Translations under genes and position numbers: made by a program
Notes under the pieces: generated by a model
What the model saw: the letters and a program-made list of their open reading frames with translations, nothing else
Told to the model about the DNA's origin: nothing
Database searches by the model: none
Source of the DNA: Anaeromyxobacteraceae bacterium
GTDB lineage: Bacteria; Myxococcota; Myxococcia; Myxococcales; Anaeromyxobacteraceae
NCBI GenBank assembly: GCA_047602405.1
Contig: JASGHJ010000002.1
Location: 704,001 to 768,000 of the forward strand
DNA: 64,000 bases
Direction of reading: 5' to 3'
Shown: in pieces, positions 46,566 through 57,265 of the stretch
How positions within the stretch are numbered: the first letter of the stretch is position 1
How the letters are laid out: each line of letters starts with the position of its first letter

Positions 46566-47890
46566 GCCCGATCGTCCTCGCCTGCCTCCTGGCCCAGACC
46601 GCAGCAGCACCCGCGAAGCCCGCGGCTGCGCCCGACCCCGCCCCCGTGACCGAGGGCGACGTGACCGAGGCGCACGTCGGCGGGATGACCGTCCTCGTGA
46701 AGCGACGCCCCACCGCGGAGCTCGTGGCGGTGCAGCTGCACGTGCTCGGCGGCGCGCGCAACTGGACCGCCGCCGACGCCGGGGTCGAGGCCCTCGCGTT
46801 CCGCGTCGCCGCCACCGGCGGCGCGGGCAAGCTCGACAAGGAGGCGCTCGGGCGGCGGCTCGCCTCCCTGGGCGCGACGCTCCAGGGGTCCACCGGCCGC
46901 GACGACTCGGCGCTCGTGGCGAAGGCGCCCGCCGCCGCGTTCGAGGCGGTCTTCGGCCTCGTGGCCGACGCGTTCCTCGCGCCGGCCCTGCCCGAGGCGG
47001 AGGTGAAGCTCGCGCGCGAGCAGGCGCTCCTCGCGCTGCAGCAGGAGCGGGAGAACCCGGACGGCGCGCTGGGGCTCCTCACCGAACGTGTGCTGCTCGC
47101 GGGAACGCCGTACGCAAATCGCCCGCAGGGCACTCCGGAGACCGTGGCGAAGCTCGGGCGAGACGCCCTCCTCGCCCAGCTCGCGAAGCTGCGGGAGGGC
47201 GCGCGGCTCGTGCTCGTGGTGGTCGGGCCGGTGGCGCCGGAGCGGGTGATCGCGCTCGCCCGCCAGGCGTACGGCGGGCTCCCGCGCGGGAGCTTCGCGC
47301 CGGCGCCGTTCCCGCGCCCGTCCTTCTCCGCGCCCTCGCTCTCGGCCGAGCTCCGCAAGCTCCCCACGAACTACATCGAGGTCATGTTCGCCGCGCCCGG
47401 GCCCGGCGCGCCCGACTACCCGGCGGCCCGGATCGCGTCCTTCGTGCTCAACCAGCGGCTGTTCGAGGAGGTCCGCACGAAGCGGAACCTCTCCTACGCC
47501 CCGGGCGCGCGCTACGACGTCGCGGCGGGCGCCGCGTTCGGCGGGTTCTACGTCACGGCCGTCGATCCCGCCGCCGCGCTGCCGGTGATGGTGGGCGAGC
47601 TCGAGCGCCTCGCGACGCAGCCCGTGCCCGCCGCCGAGCTCGAGGGCGCGAAGTCGACCTACCGGACGGGCTTCCTCATGGCGCAGGAGACCACCGACGC
47701 CCAGGCGGCGAGCCTCGCGCGCGGGCTCGTCCAGGCGGGCGACTGGCGGTACTTCGGGCGGCTGCTCGAGGCGGCCGCGAAGGTGTCGGCGGCCGACGTC
47801 CAGGGCTACGCCGGCCAGTACGGGCGCAACCTGCAGGCCGTGGTCCTCGGGGACCCGGCGAAGGTCGACCCGCAGCTGACGGCGCGGTAG
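46562..47890 (+). CDS. M16-family peptidase-like subunit lacking HxxEH
   Basis: M16 fold motifs (RLFEEVRTKRNLSY); GVEALAFRV sits where HxxEH would be; GTGA overlap. Confidence 0.8.
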
Positions 47891-47992
47891 GCAGGTCCCG
47901 CTGGCGCGGCCCGGCGCAGTGCGGTAAACCGCTCTGCCCCGGGCGGAGCCCTGCCGGGGCCTTCACCACCGCACGGCACCGCTGGAGATCGC

Positions 47993-48715
47993 ATGGGACG
48001 CATCTTCGAGACGCGCAAGGCGACGATGTTCGCCCGCTGGAACAAGATGGCGAAGGCGTTCACGCGCGTCGCCAAGGAAATCACCATCGCGGTGAAGGCG
48101 GGCGGCCCCGACCCGCACACGAACCCGGCGCTCCGCCGCGCGATCCAGAACGCGCGCGGCGTGAACATGCCGAAGGACAAGGTCGACGGCGCCATCAAGC
48201 GCGCGGCCGGCCAGGACCAGGCGAACTACGAGATCGTGATGTACGAGGGCTACGCGCCCCACGGCATCGCGGTCATGGTCGAGACCGCCACCGACAACGT
48301 GGTCCGCACGGTCGCGAACGTGCGGATGCACTTCAAGAACAACGGCGGCTCGATGGGCAACACCGGCTCGGTCGCCTTCCAGTTCCAGAAGATGGGCGTG
48401 TTCCGGCTCGCGCCGGAGGGCATCGACCCGGAGGCGCTCGAGCTCGACCTCATCGACCACGGCCTCGAGGAGATGGGCGAGGGGACCGGCGAGAAGGGCG
48501 AGAAGCAGCTCGTCGTGCGCTGCGCGTTCCAGAGCTTCGGCCAGCTGCAGGCCGCGCTCGAGGAGCGCAAGCTCAACGTCGTCTCGTCGAGCTCCGAGTA
48601 CGTCGCGCAGAACCTCCTCGAGCTCGACGAGGAGAAGGCGAAGGAGGTCCTCAAGCTCGTGGACGACCTCGAGCAGGACGAGGACGTCCAGAACGTGTTC
48701 CACAACCTCGCCTGA
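47993..48715 (+). CDS. yebC: YebC/PmpR family protein
   Basis: [43 protein letters not shown]. Confidence 0.92.
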   Translation: MGRIFETRKATMFARWNKMAKAFTRVAKEITIAVKAGGPDPHTNPALRRAIQNARGVNMPKDKVDGAIKRAAGQDQANYEIVMYEGYAPHGIAVMVETATDNVVRTVANVRMHFKNNGGSMGNTGSVAFQFQKMGVFRLAPEGIDPEALELDLIDHGLEEMGEGTGEKGEKQLVVRCAFQSFGQLQAALEERKLNVVSSSSEYVAQNLLELDEEKAKEVLKLVDDLEQDEDVQNVFHNLA

Positions 48716-48820
48716 CGTCCACCCCCGGCGCCCGCGCCGGGGGACGACCCGCCCGGGAGGTCGGCGCGCCGGGCGGCCCGCGCTAGAGAGTGCTCTCCAC
48801 CGTTCACCCGGAGACACGCC

Positions 48821-49414
48821 ATGCGCACGCACCTCCTCGCCGCCCTCGCGGCGATCGCCCTCACCACCCCCGCGCTCGCGGGCGACAAGCACCCCGGCGC
48901 CCAGAAGCACCCCGGCGCCCAGAAGCAGCAGAAGCTCACCGTGAAGAGCCCCGAGCTCGCGAGCGGCAAGCTCGCCGACGAGCAGGTCTTCAACGGCTTC
49001 GGCTGCTCGGGCGGCAACGTCTCGCCCGAGCTCTCCTGGACGGGCGCGCCGCAGGACGCGAAGAGCTTCGTCGTCACCGCCTACGACCCCGACGCGCCGA
49101 CCGGCTCCGGGTGGTGGCACTGGGTCGTCTACGACATCCCCGCGGGCACGACCTCGCTCGCGAAGGGCGCGGGCTCAGGCAAGGCCGCGCTCCCCGAGGG
49201 CGCGAAGCAGGGCCGCACCGACTTCGGCGCGCCGGGCTTCGGCGGCGCGTGCCCGCCGCCGGGCAAGCCGCACCGCTACGTCTTCACGGTGTACGCGCTC
49301 AAGGTGGACAGGCTCGAGGTCCCGGCCGACGCCTCCCCGGCGATGATCGGCTTCATGACGCACGGGAACGCGCTCGCGAGCGGGTCGATCACCGCCACCT
49401 ACGGGCGGAAGTAG
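48821..49414 (+). CDS. YbhB/YbcL (PEBP/Raf kinase inhibitor-like) periplasmic protein
   Basis: [47 protein letters not shown] duplicated after the signal peptide. Confidence 0.9.
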   Translation: MRTHLLAALAAIALTTPALAGDKHPGAQKHPGAQKQQKLTVKSPELASGKLADEQVFNGFGCSGGNVSPELSWTGAPQDAKSFVVTAYDPDAPTGSGWWHWVVYDIPAGTTSLAKGAGSGKAALPEGAKQGRTDFGAPGFGGACPPPGKPHRYVFTVYALKVDRLEVPADASPAMIGFMTHGNALASGSITATYGRK

Positions 49415-49509
49415 CCGGCGCCCGCGGCGCGGACCCGGCCGCAGGGTGAAGTTGCGCCGGGGTCCGAAAACGGCCAGACGACGCGCCGCGGGCCGGCTAC
49501 AACCGGCCC

Positions 49510-50976
49510 GTGACGCTCAATCCCGACGCCTGCTTCGAGGCCCTCGCCGCCCGCGACGCGCGGTTCGACGGCCGCTTCTTCGTGGCGGTCCGGACGACCG
49601 GCATCTACTGCCGCCCGGTCTGCCCGGCGCGCACCCCGCGCCGGGACCGGGTGCAGTTCTTCCGGCGCGCGGCGGAGGCGGAGCGGGAGGGCTACCGGGC
49701 CTGCTTCCGCTGCCGCCCCGAGCTCGCGCCGGGCGGCGCCTCCGTGGACGCCCTGCCGCGGCTCGTCGCCTCCGCGGTGGCCCGCATCGACGCGGGCGCG
49801 CTGAACGAGGCCTCGGTCGACGACCTCGCGGCCGGGCTGGGCGTGACCGGCCGCCACCTGCGCCGGGCGATGCTCGCCGAGCTCGGCGTGGGGCCGGTCG
49901 AGCTCGCGCAGTCGCGCCGCCTCGCGCTCGCGAAGGCGCTGCTGCAGGACACCCGCCTGCCGCTCGCCGAGGTGGCGTTCGCCGCGGGCTTCGGCTCGCT
50001 CCGCCGCTTCAACGCGACGTTCCGGGACCGCTTCGGCCGGCCGCCGTCGGCGCTCCGGCGCGAGCACGGCGACGCCGCGGCACCCGCGACGCTCGTGCTC
50101 CGCCTCGACCACCGTCCGCCGCTCGCCTGGGACGAGCTCGCCGGCTTCCTCGCGGCGCGGTGCACGGCGGGCGTCGAGCAGGTGGAGGGCGGGGCCTGGC
50201 GGCGCACGTTCCGGATCGGGCGGCACGCGGGCTGGGTCGCGGTGCGGCCGGACCCGGGCCGCCCGGCGCTCCGCGCGGAGGTCTCGGTGGGGCTCGCGCC
50301 GGTGCTCATGCCGCTCGTCGCGCGGCTGCGCGCGCTCTTCGACCTCGACGCGCGGCCGGACGTCGTCGCGGCCCACCTCCGCGCCGATCCGCTGCTCGCG
50401 CGGTCGGTGCGGCGGCGGCCGGGCCTCCGGGTCGCCGGGGCGCTCGACGGCTTCGACGCCGCGGTGCGGGTGGTCGTGGGGCAGCAGGTGAGCGTGGCCG
50501 CGGCGACCACGATCGCCGGCCGGCTGGCGCGCGCGCTCGGGGAGCCCATCGAGACGCCGTTCCCCGGGCTCGACCGCCTGCCGGCCGCGCCCGCCGCCCT
50601 CGCGGCCGCGGGCGAGGACCGGATCGCCCGGCTCGGCATGCCGGGCGCCCGCGCGAGGACGCTGCTCGCGCTCGCGGGGGAGGTCGCGGCGGGGCGCCTC
50701 GCGCTCGACCGGGGCGGGGACCTCGAGGCGACGCGCGCCGCGCTGCTCGCGCTCCCCGGCGTGGGGCCGTGGACCGCGGAGGTGATCGCGATGCGCGCGC
50801 TCGGGGCGCCGGACGCGTTCCCCGCGGGGGACCTCGGGGTGTGGCAGGCGCTCGGCGTGCGGAGCGCGCGCGAGGCCGAGGCCAGGGCGGAGCGATGGCG
50901 GCCCTGGCGGGCGTACGCGACGGCGCACCTGTGGGCGTCGCTCGCGGATCGGAAGCGGGACGGAGGAGGTGCGTGA
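49510..50976 (+). CDS. alkA: Ada Zn-binding/AraC + AlkA DNA-3-methyladenine glycosylase fusion
   Basis: TTGIYCRPVC, RACFRCRP, GFGSLRRFN, VGQQVS, LPGVGPWTA (HhH), DAFPAGD, WRPWRAYA. Confidence 0.9.
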   Translation: MTLNPDACFEALAARDARFDGRFFVAVRTTGIYCRPVCPARTPRRDRVQFFRRAAEAEREGYRACFRCRPELAPGGASVDALPRLVASAVARIDAGALNEASVDDLAAGLGVTGRHLRRAMLAELGVGPVELAQSRRLALAKALLQDTRLPLAEVAFAAGFGSLRRFNATFRDRFGRPPSALRREHGDAAAPATLVLRLDHRPPLAWDELAGFLAARCTAGVEQVEGGAWRRTFRIGRHAGWVAVRPDPGRPALRAEVSVGLAPVLMPLVARLRALFDLDARPDVVAAHLRADPLLARSVRRRPGLRVAGALDGFDAAVRVVVGQQVSVAAATTIAGRLARALGEPIETPFPGLDRLPAAPAALAAAGEDRIARLGMPGARARTLLALAGEVAAGRLALDRGGDLEATRAALLALPGVGPWTAEVIAMRALGAPDAFPAGDLGVWQALGVRSAREAEARAERWRPWRAYATAHLWASLADRKRDGGGA

Positions 50977-51482
50977 TGGCGGAGACCGGCGCGATGGCGA
51001 AGGCGAGCGAGGCGAGGGTGCCGACCCCGGCGGGCGCGGTGCGGCTCACCGCGGAGGAGGGCCGGATCACGCGGGTGCGCTTCGAGACCGGCGGCGACGG
51101 CCCGCTCGCGGACGCCGGCGGGGCACGGGACGCGGCGGTGCTGCGCGAGGCCGCCGCGCAGCTCCGGGCGTGGGTGGCCGGCGAGCGCGCCGGGTTCGAC
51201 CTGCCGCTCGCCCAGCCGGGCACGCCCTTCCAGCGGGAGGTCTGGGCGGCGCTCGCCGCCATCCCGCCGGGCGAGACGCGCACCTACGGCGCCATCGCGG
51301 CGGCGCTCGGCCGCCCCGGCGCGGCGCGGGCGGTGGGCGCCGCGTGCGGGCGGAACCGGCTCGCGGTCCTCGTGCCCTGCCACCGCGCGGTGGGGGCCGA
51401 CGGGAGCCTCACCGGGTTCGCCTGGGGGGTGGAGCGCAAGCGGTGGCTGCTCGAGCACGAGCGGGGCGCTACAACGCGGTGA
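50976..51482 (+). CDS. ogt: Methylated-DNA-protein-cysteine S-methyltransferase
   Basis: GTPFQREVW, TYGAIA, ARAVGAAC, VPCHRAV, KRWLLEHE. Confidence 0.9.
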   Translation: MAETGAMAKASEARVPTPAGAVRLTAEEGRITRVRFETGGDGPLADAGGARDAAVLREAAAQLRAWVAGERAGFDLPLAQPGTPFQREVWAALAAIPPGETRTYGAIAAALGRPGAARAVGAACGRNRLAVLVPCHRAVGADGSLTGFAWGVERKRWLLEHERGATTR

Positions 51483-52066
51483 TGGACCTCGCCCCCGTGA
51501 CCCTGGCCGGCCGCCACGTGCGGCTCGAGCCGCTCGGACCGCACCACCTCGACGCGCTCTGGGAGGTCGCGCGCGATCCCGAGCTCTACCGGTTCACGCC
51601 GAGCGCGATCGGCACCCGCGACGAGCTCGGCCTCTGGCTCGTCGAGGCGGAGCAGGCGCGGCGGGCCGGCACCGCGCTCGCCTTCGCGACCGTGCTCGCA
51701 CAGGAAGGCCGGCCGGTCGGGAGCACGCGCTTCATGAACGCGAGCCCGAAGGACCGCCGCGTCGAGATCGGCTGGACGTTCGTGGGGCGCCCGTGGCAGC
51801 GCACCGCCGTCAACACCGAGGCGAAGTACCTCATGCTCCGCCACGCCTTCGAGGCCTGGGCGTGCCTGCGGGTGGAGCTCAAGACGAGCCACCGCAACGT
51901 CCAGTCGCAGGAGGCCATCCTGCGGCTCGGCGCGACGCGCGAGGGCGCGCTCCGCCGGCACACGCGCATGCACGACGGCACCTGGCGCGACACCGTCTAC
52001 TTCTCGGTGCTCGACGACGAGTGGCCGCGGGTGAAGGCGGGGCTCGAGGCGAAGCTGGCGCGGTAA
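51482..52066 (+). CDS. GNAT acetyltransferase, RimJ/RimL-like
   Basis: VRLEPL, VEIGWT, NTEAKYLMLRHAFE, RDTVYFSVLDDEWP. Confidence 0.88.
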   Translation: MDLAPVTLAGRHVRLEPLGPHHLDALWEVARDPELYRFTPSAIGTRDELGLWLVEAEQARRAGTALAFATVLAQEGRPVGSTRFMNASPKDRRVEIGWTFVGRPWQRTAVNTEAKYLMLRHAFEAWACLRVELKTSHRNVQSQEAILRLGATREGALRRHTRMHDGTWRDTVYFSVLDDEWPRVKAGLEAKLAR

Positions 52067-52094
52067 GGCCTCCGCCGAACCTCCGCGCCCCGCC

Positions 52095-52437
<343 letters not shown>

Positions 52438-52449
52438 GGTGACCTCGAG

Positions 52450-52466
52450 TGCAGTCGGCGTGCCGG
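52450..52466 (-). promoter_or_regulatory. Possible sigma-54 promoter for the P-II gene
   Basis: Minus strand CCGGCACG-CCGA-CTGCA fits GG-N10-GC; the implied start site is only about 2 nt before the GTG, which weakens the call. Confidence 0.4.
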
Positions 52467-52584
52467 TCTCCGGGTGGCGCGCGGGCGTGATCCGGGGTGG
52501 CGCGCGGGCGCGGATCCGGGCGCGCGCGCGGGCCCCCGCACGGTTTCCGGGCAGCAGGTGCGAGGGAACCGGGCGCCCCGCGCA

Positions 52585-53232
52585 TCAGCCCCGCAGGCCG
52601 AGCCAGGCCACCGCGCAGAGGAGGCACGCCCCGGCGATGCGGTCCTGCCACTGGCCGCGCGCCCCCTCCGGCAACCACCGGCTCCCGCGCTCCGCCGCGA
52701 GCGCGTAGCCGACCAGGATTGGAGTCTCGGTGACGAAGGTCGTGAGCGCGTAGACCCCGATCTGCCCCGCCACGGGCCACGGCGCGGCGGGATCGAGGAA
52801 CGGCGCGAGGAACGCCGCGAAGAAGAGGATCGCCTTCGGGTTCGAGAGCTGGGTCGCCACCGCCTGGGCGAAGAGCGCCCGCGCGCGGCGATCCTCGCTG
52901 CGCGGTACCGTGGAGGAGCCCGTGGAGGGGGAGAGGGCGAACGTCCCCGCGGAGGCGCCGAGGAGCTTCACCGCGGTCCAGGCGAGGTACAGCAGGCCGC
53001 AGGCGCGGAGCGCGAGGAGGAGCCGCGGCGAGGCCGCGAGGAACGCGCCGAGCCCGGCCGCCGAGAGCCCGAAGTAGACGAGGTTCGCGACGCCGATGCC
53101 GAGCGCGCCGTAGCCGGCCCGTCGCCACCCGTGCCGCACGCCCTGGCTCGCGACCGTGAGCACCGCCGGGCCGGGCGTGAGCGAGAGCGTGACCTCGAGG
53201 ACGAGGAAGCCGAGCCAGAGCGAGGGGTTCAT
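52585..53232 (-). CDS. LysE/RhtB-family translocator
   Basis: LSLTPGPAV, GLLYLAWTA, LSNPKAILFFAAFLAPF. Confidence 0.88.
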   Translation of the reverse strand: MNPSLWLGFLVLEVTLSLTPGPAVLTVASQGVRHGWRRAGYGALGIGVANLVYFGLSAAGLGAFLAASPRLLLALRACGLLYLAWTAVKLLGASAGTFALSPSTGSSTVPRSEDRRARALFAQAVATQLSNPKAILFFAAFLAPFLDPAAPWPVAGQIGVYALTTFVTETPILVGYALAAERGSRWLPEGARGQWQDRIAGACLLCAVAWLGLRG

Positions 53233-53357
53233 GACGCACGGGGCCAAAGCAAGGCCCGGTCCAGCCGGGGCGGGGCCGGGCATCCCGGGTGGGTCCGACA
53301 AGAAACTCTGTCTCATGACGGGCCTCGCGGGTGTGTAGGTTTCAGGAGAGCGAGCCC

Positions 53358-53855
53358 ATGACCGGACGTGGCTACCTGTTCGCGCTGGATCCCGCCGAGG
53401 TTCGCCTCGCCCTCGGGTGCATGACGAGCGGCGATCTCGGCGCGCTGCTCGCCGGCTGGCGAGGCGGCGCGCTCACCGCCGAGCTCGACAAGGCCTGGCT
53501 CACGATCGATCGTTGCCTCGGCGCGGGCGGCAAGTCCGGCGCCTCCGCCGCGCTCCTCGGCGGCATCCCCGTCGTGCGCGCCCGCGACGTCATCGCCTCC
53601 CTCATCCCGGCCGATCAGGTCGTCGAGGTCGCGCGGGTGCTCGAGGGCCTGGACCTCGACACCTTCCGTGACTGCTTCGAGGCGTCGCTGACGGGCGAGC
53701 CCGACGGCGAGTCGGAGGAGCTCGACCTCCTCTACGCCTGGGGCTGGTTCCAGCGGCTGCGCGGGCTCTACCGCGCCGCGGCGGCCGCCCGGCGCGCGGT
53801 CCTCTTCGCCGGGGAGCTCCGCCCCGGCTCCTGGCCGAGCAACGCCGCGGCTTAG
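53358..53855 (+). CDS. DUF1877/YfbM-like protein
   Basis: LDKAW...LLGG...PADQVVEVARVL...FQRLRGLYRAAA...VLF; AGGAG upstream. Confidence 0.65.
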   Translation: MTGRGYLFALDPAEVRLALGCMTSGDLGALLAGWRGGALTAELDKAWLTIDRCLGAGGKSGASAALLGGIPVVRARDVIASLIPADQVVEVARVLEGLDLDTFRDCFEASLTGEPDGESEELDLLYAWGWFQRLRGLYRAAAAARRAVLFAGELRPGSWPSNAAA

Positions 53856-54967
53856 GGCGTCGCCTCGGCCGAGGCCTCCTCGCGCGACCCCCTGGCGACG
53901 GGCAGGGCGACGTGGACCGTGGTGCCGTGCCCGACGGTGGAGGTCGCCCAGATCCTCCCGCCGTGTGCCTCGACCAGCAGGCGCGAGATGTAGAGCCCGA
54001 GGCCGAGCCCCTCCTTCTCGCTCGCCCCGCGGGCGCGGAAGTACTTCCGGAAGACGTTCGGGAGCTCGTCGGGGGCGATCCCCGGCCCTTCGTCCGCGAC
54101 GGTGAGCACCACGCCCGAGGGCGCCCGCGCGGCGCGCACCGTGACCGGGGTCGCGGGCGGCGCGTACTTGAGCGCGTTCGAGAGCAGGTTCACGAGCACC
54201 CGCTCGAGCCGGAGGGGGTCGGCCTGCAGGACCGGGAGCCCCGGCGCGAGCTCGAGCCGGACCCGCTCCGGATCCGACGTGCCCGGGAGGCGCTCGCGGA
54301 GGTCGGCGGCGAGGCGCCCGAGATCGACCGGCTCGCGTGCGAGCGCCACGTGGCCGGACTCGAGGCGCGCGACCTCCACGAGGTCCTCGAGCATCGCCGC
54401 CGCCGACCGCACGCTCGCGCCGATCGTGGTCGCCCGCCGCACGACGTCGGGGGCGACGCCGGGGGTCTGCTCCAGCACCCGGGCGCTCATCGCGATCACC
54501 GAGAGCGGAGAGCGCAGGTCGTGCGCGAGCGAGCGCACGAGGTCCTCGCGCTGCTCCTCGGTGCGCTCGAGCTGGATGGCCTGCGCGCGCAGCCGGGCGT
54601 AGGCGCGGCGGAGCGAGCCCCCGATCCACGCGACGAGCACGCCGGTGGCGGTGAACCCCACGAGCCCGGCGAGCTCGTGCGGGTTCGCGATGGCGAAGGA
54701 GCCCCGCGGCGCCAGGTAGTCGTACGCGTACCCCGACCCGAACAGCACCGCCCCGAGCGCGCCGTAGCGGGTCCCGGCGGCGACGGCCGCGCCCGAGATC
54801 GCCACGAACGCGACGAAGTAGTAGGGCCGCCCGAGCCAGGGCTCCAGCCATCCGACCGCCGCCAGCCCGAGCGCCACCAGGAGCGTCGTGAGCGCCGATC
54901 GTCCCACCGCGCGGATCGCGGGCGGCGCACGGTCGAGCGCGAGGAGGGGCCCTGACGAGAGGGGCAC
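53852..54967 (-). CDS. Membrane sensor histidine kinase (DUF4118-like TM region)
   Basis: N-terminal TM helices, LAHDLRSPL, NLLSNALKY, DEGPGI, GLGLGL. Confidence 0.88.
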   Translation of the reverse strand: MPLSSGPLLALDRAPPAIRAVGRSALTTLLVALGLAAVGWLEPWLGRPYYFVAFVAISGAAVAAGTRYGALGAVLFGSGYAYDYLAPRGSFAIANPHELAGLVGFTATGVLVAWIGGSLRRAYARLRAQAIQLERTEEQREDLVRSLAHDLRSPLSVIAMSARVLEQTPGVAPDVVRRATTIGASVRSAAAMLEDLVEVARLESGHVALAREPVDLGRLAADLRERLPGTSDPERVRLELAPGLPVLQADPLRLERVLVNLLSNALKYAPPATPVTVRAARAPSGVVLTVADEGPGIAPDELPNVFRKYFRARGASEKEGLGLGLYISRLLVEAHGGRIWATSTVGHGTTVHVALPVARGSREEASAEATP

Positions 54968-55060
54968 GGCCCAAAATCTACCCGCTCGTCCCGCCGCGTG
55001 TCCCGGTCGTCCGGGGCGTCCCGATCCGTGCCCTCCGATCGTGCACCGATCGTGAGCGGC

Positions 55061-57170
55061 TCAGCGCAGCTTCGACCAGAGGAACGCGTAGGCGAGCGCT
55101 CCCATGTGCGCCGCCTGCCTGTTGTTCGCCGCCCCGCCGTGGCCGCCCTCGACGTTCTCCCAGTAGAGGACGTCGTGCCCGGCCTCGAGCATCCGCGCCG
55201 CCATCTTGCGGGCGTGTCCGGGGTGGACGCGGTCGTCGCGCGTGCTCGTCATGAAGAGCGACCGGCGGGTACCGCACCCCGGGCCGGAGGTTGTGATACG
55301 GCGAGAACGTCCGGATGAAGGTCCACTCCTCCGGCACGTCCGGGTCGCCGTACTCGCCCATCCAGCTCGCGCCGGCGAGGAGGTGCGAGTAGCGCTTCAT
55401 GTCGAGGAGCGGGACCTGGCAGACCACCGCGCCGAAGAGCTCGGGGCGCATCGTCAGCGCGTTGCCGACGAGGAGCCCGCCGTTCGAGCCGCCCTGGATG
55501 CCGAGGTGCGCGGGTGAGGTCACGCCGCGGCGCGCGAGGTCCTCGGCCACCGCGAAGAAGTCCTCGTAGGAGCGGGGGCGGTTGGCCTTCAGCGCGGCCT
55601 GGTGCCAGCGCGGCCCGAACTCGCCGCCGCCCCGGATGTTGGCGACGACGTACACGCCGCCGCGCTCGAGCCAGCTCGCGCCGACGCCGGGCCGGTAGGA
55701 CGGCTGCTCGGGGATCTCGAAGCCGCCGTAGCCGTAGAGCAGGGTGGGGTTCTTGCCGTCGAGGGCGAGCCCCTTCCGCGAGACCTGGAAGTACGGCACC
55801 CGGGTGCCGTCCCTCGAGACCACCTCGTGCTGCGTGACCTCGAGCCCGGCGGTGTCGAAGAAGGCGGGGAGCTGCTTCAGCCGGCCGGCGGGCCCCCGGC
55901 CCGCGGTGCCGCGCGAGAGGGCGGTCGGGGTGAGGAAGTCGGTGACCGTGAGCCAGTAGTCGTCGCTCGTCTCCTCGTCCACCGCCTTCACGCCGATGGC
56001 CGCGAGGCCGGGGAGGCCGGGGAGGGGCGCGCGCCTCCAGGCGCCCTTCCCGGGCGTGAGCACCGTGACCCGGTTGCGCACGTTGTCGAGCTCGGTGACG
56101 AGCACGTGGTGACGGGTGGTCGCGTAGCCGTCGAGCGAGCGCCGCTCCGAGGGCTCGAACAGGACGTCGAGCTTGCGGTCGCCGGCGAGGAACTTCTCGA
56201 GGTCGACGGCGACGAGCGCGCCCGCCGGGTAGGTCCGGCCCCCGGTGGCCCAGTCGTCCCGCAGGGTGAGGAGGAGGCGCTCCCGCCACACGTTCGCGTT
56301 CGCGGAGTCGGGCTTCTCGATCTTCACGAGCTTCTCGCCGCGTACGAGGTACAGCTCGTTCGTGAAGAAGGTGAGCCCGCGCTGCACGAGGTCGCGCTCG
56401 AAGCCCTTCGTGGGATCGTGGAAGCCGCTCACCGAGACGTCGCCGGGCTGGCCCTCGAAGAGCGTCGTGGCGGAGGCGAGCGGCGTGCCGCGCCGCCAGC
56501 GCTTCACGACCCGTGGGTAGCCGGAGCTGGTGAGCGTCCCCGGCCCGAAGTCGGTGCCCACGAGGAGCTCGTCCGGCCCGGCCCAGGCGACGTCGCTCTT
56601 CGCCTCCGGCAGGGCGAACCCGTCCTTCACGAAGGCCTTCGCCACGAGGTCGAACTCGCGCACCACGCTGGCGTCGCCGCCGCCGCGCGAGAGCGAGAGG
56701 AGGCAGCGCCGGAACCCGGGCCGCTGGCAGGTGGCCCCGTGCCAGACCCAGCTCTCCTTCTCCGCGTCGGCGAGCGCGTCGAGGTCGAGCACCGTCTCCC
56801 ACGCCGGGGCCGCCTTCCGGTACTCGGCGAGGGTGGTGCGCCGCCAGAGGCCGCGGGGGTTCCTCGCGTCGCGCCAGAAGTTGTAGAGCCGGTCTCCGAG
56901 CTGCTCGACGGCGGGGATGCGCTCCTTCGAGTCGAGGATCGAGAGGATGCGCGCCTCGCTGGCCGCGAAGTCGCCCTGCTCGAGGACCTTCGCGCTGTCG
57001 GCGTTCCGCGCCTTCACCCACCCGAGCGCGCGGTCGCCGAGCACGTCCTCGAGCCAGAGGTACGGGTCGTCCGGGGCCTGGGCGGGGGCCGGGGTGGCGC
57101 TCGCGGGGGTCGTGGGGGCGGGGTCGGTGGCGGTCACGGCGAGGGCGAGGACCAGGGGCAGGGTGGGCAT
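55061..57170 (-). CDS. Prolyl oligopeptidase, family S9A; +1 frameshift near 55260
   Basis: DPYLWLED, YGYGGF, NIRGGGEFG, GGSNGGLL; corrected frame YPPVLFMTSTRDDRVHPGH...GGHG completes the S-D-H triad. Confidence 0.9.
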
Positions 57171-57265
57171 GAGGGCTCCGGGGACCACGGGGCGGGCATG
57201 CTACCGCGCCGGGCGCCGGTCCGGGGAGTGGCCCTCGCGTGCCGGGTTGGCCAGGGTGCCTCCGC

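Noticed and set aside
48888..48926. 18-bp tandem duplication encoding KHPGAQ twice in the YbhB/YbcL gene
   Set aside because: A small in-frame slippage in a disordered segment with no evident significance.
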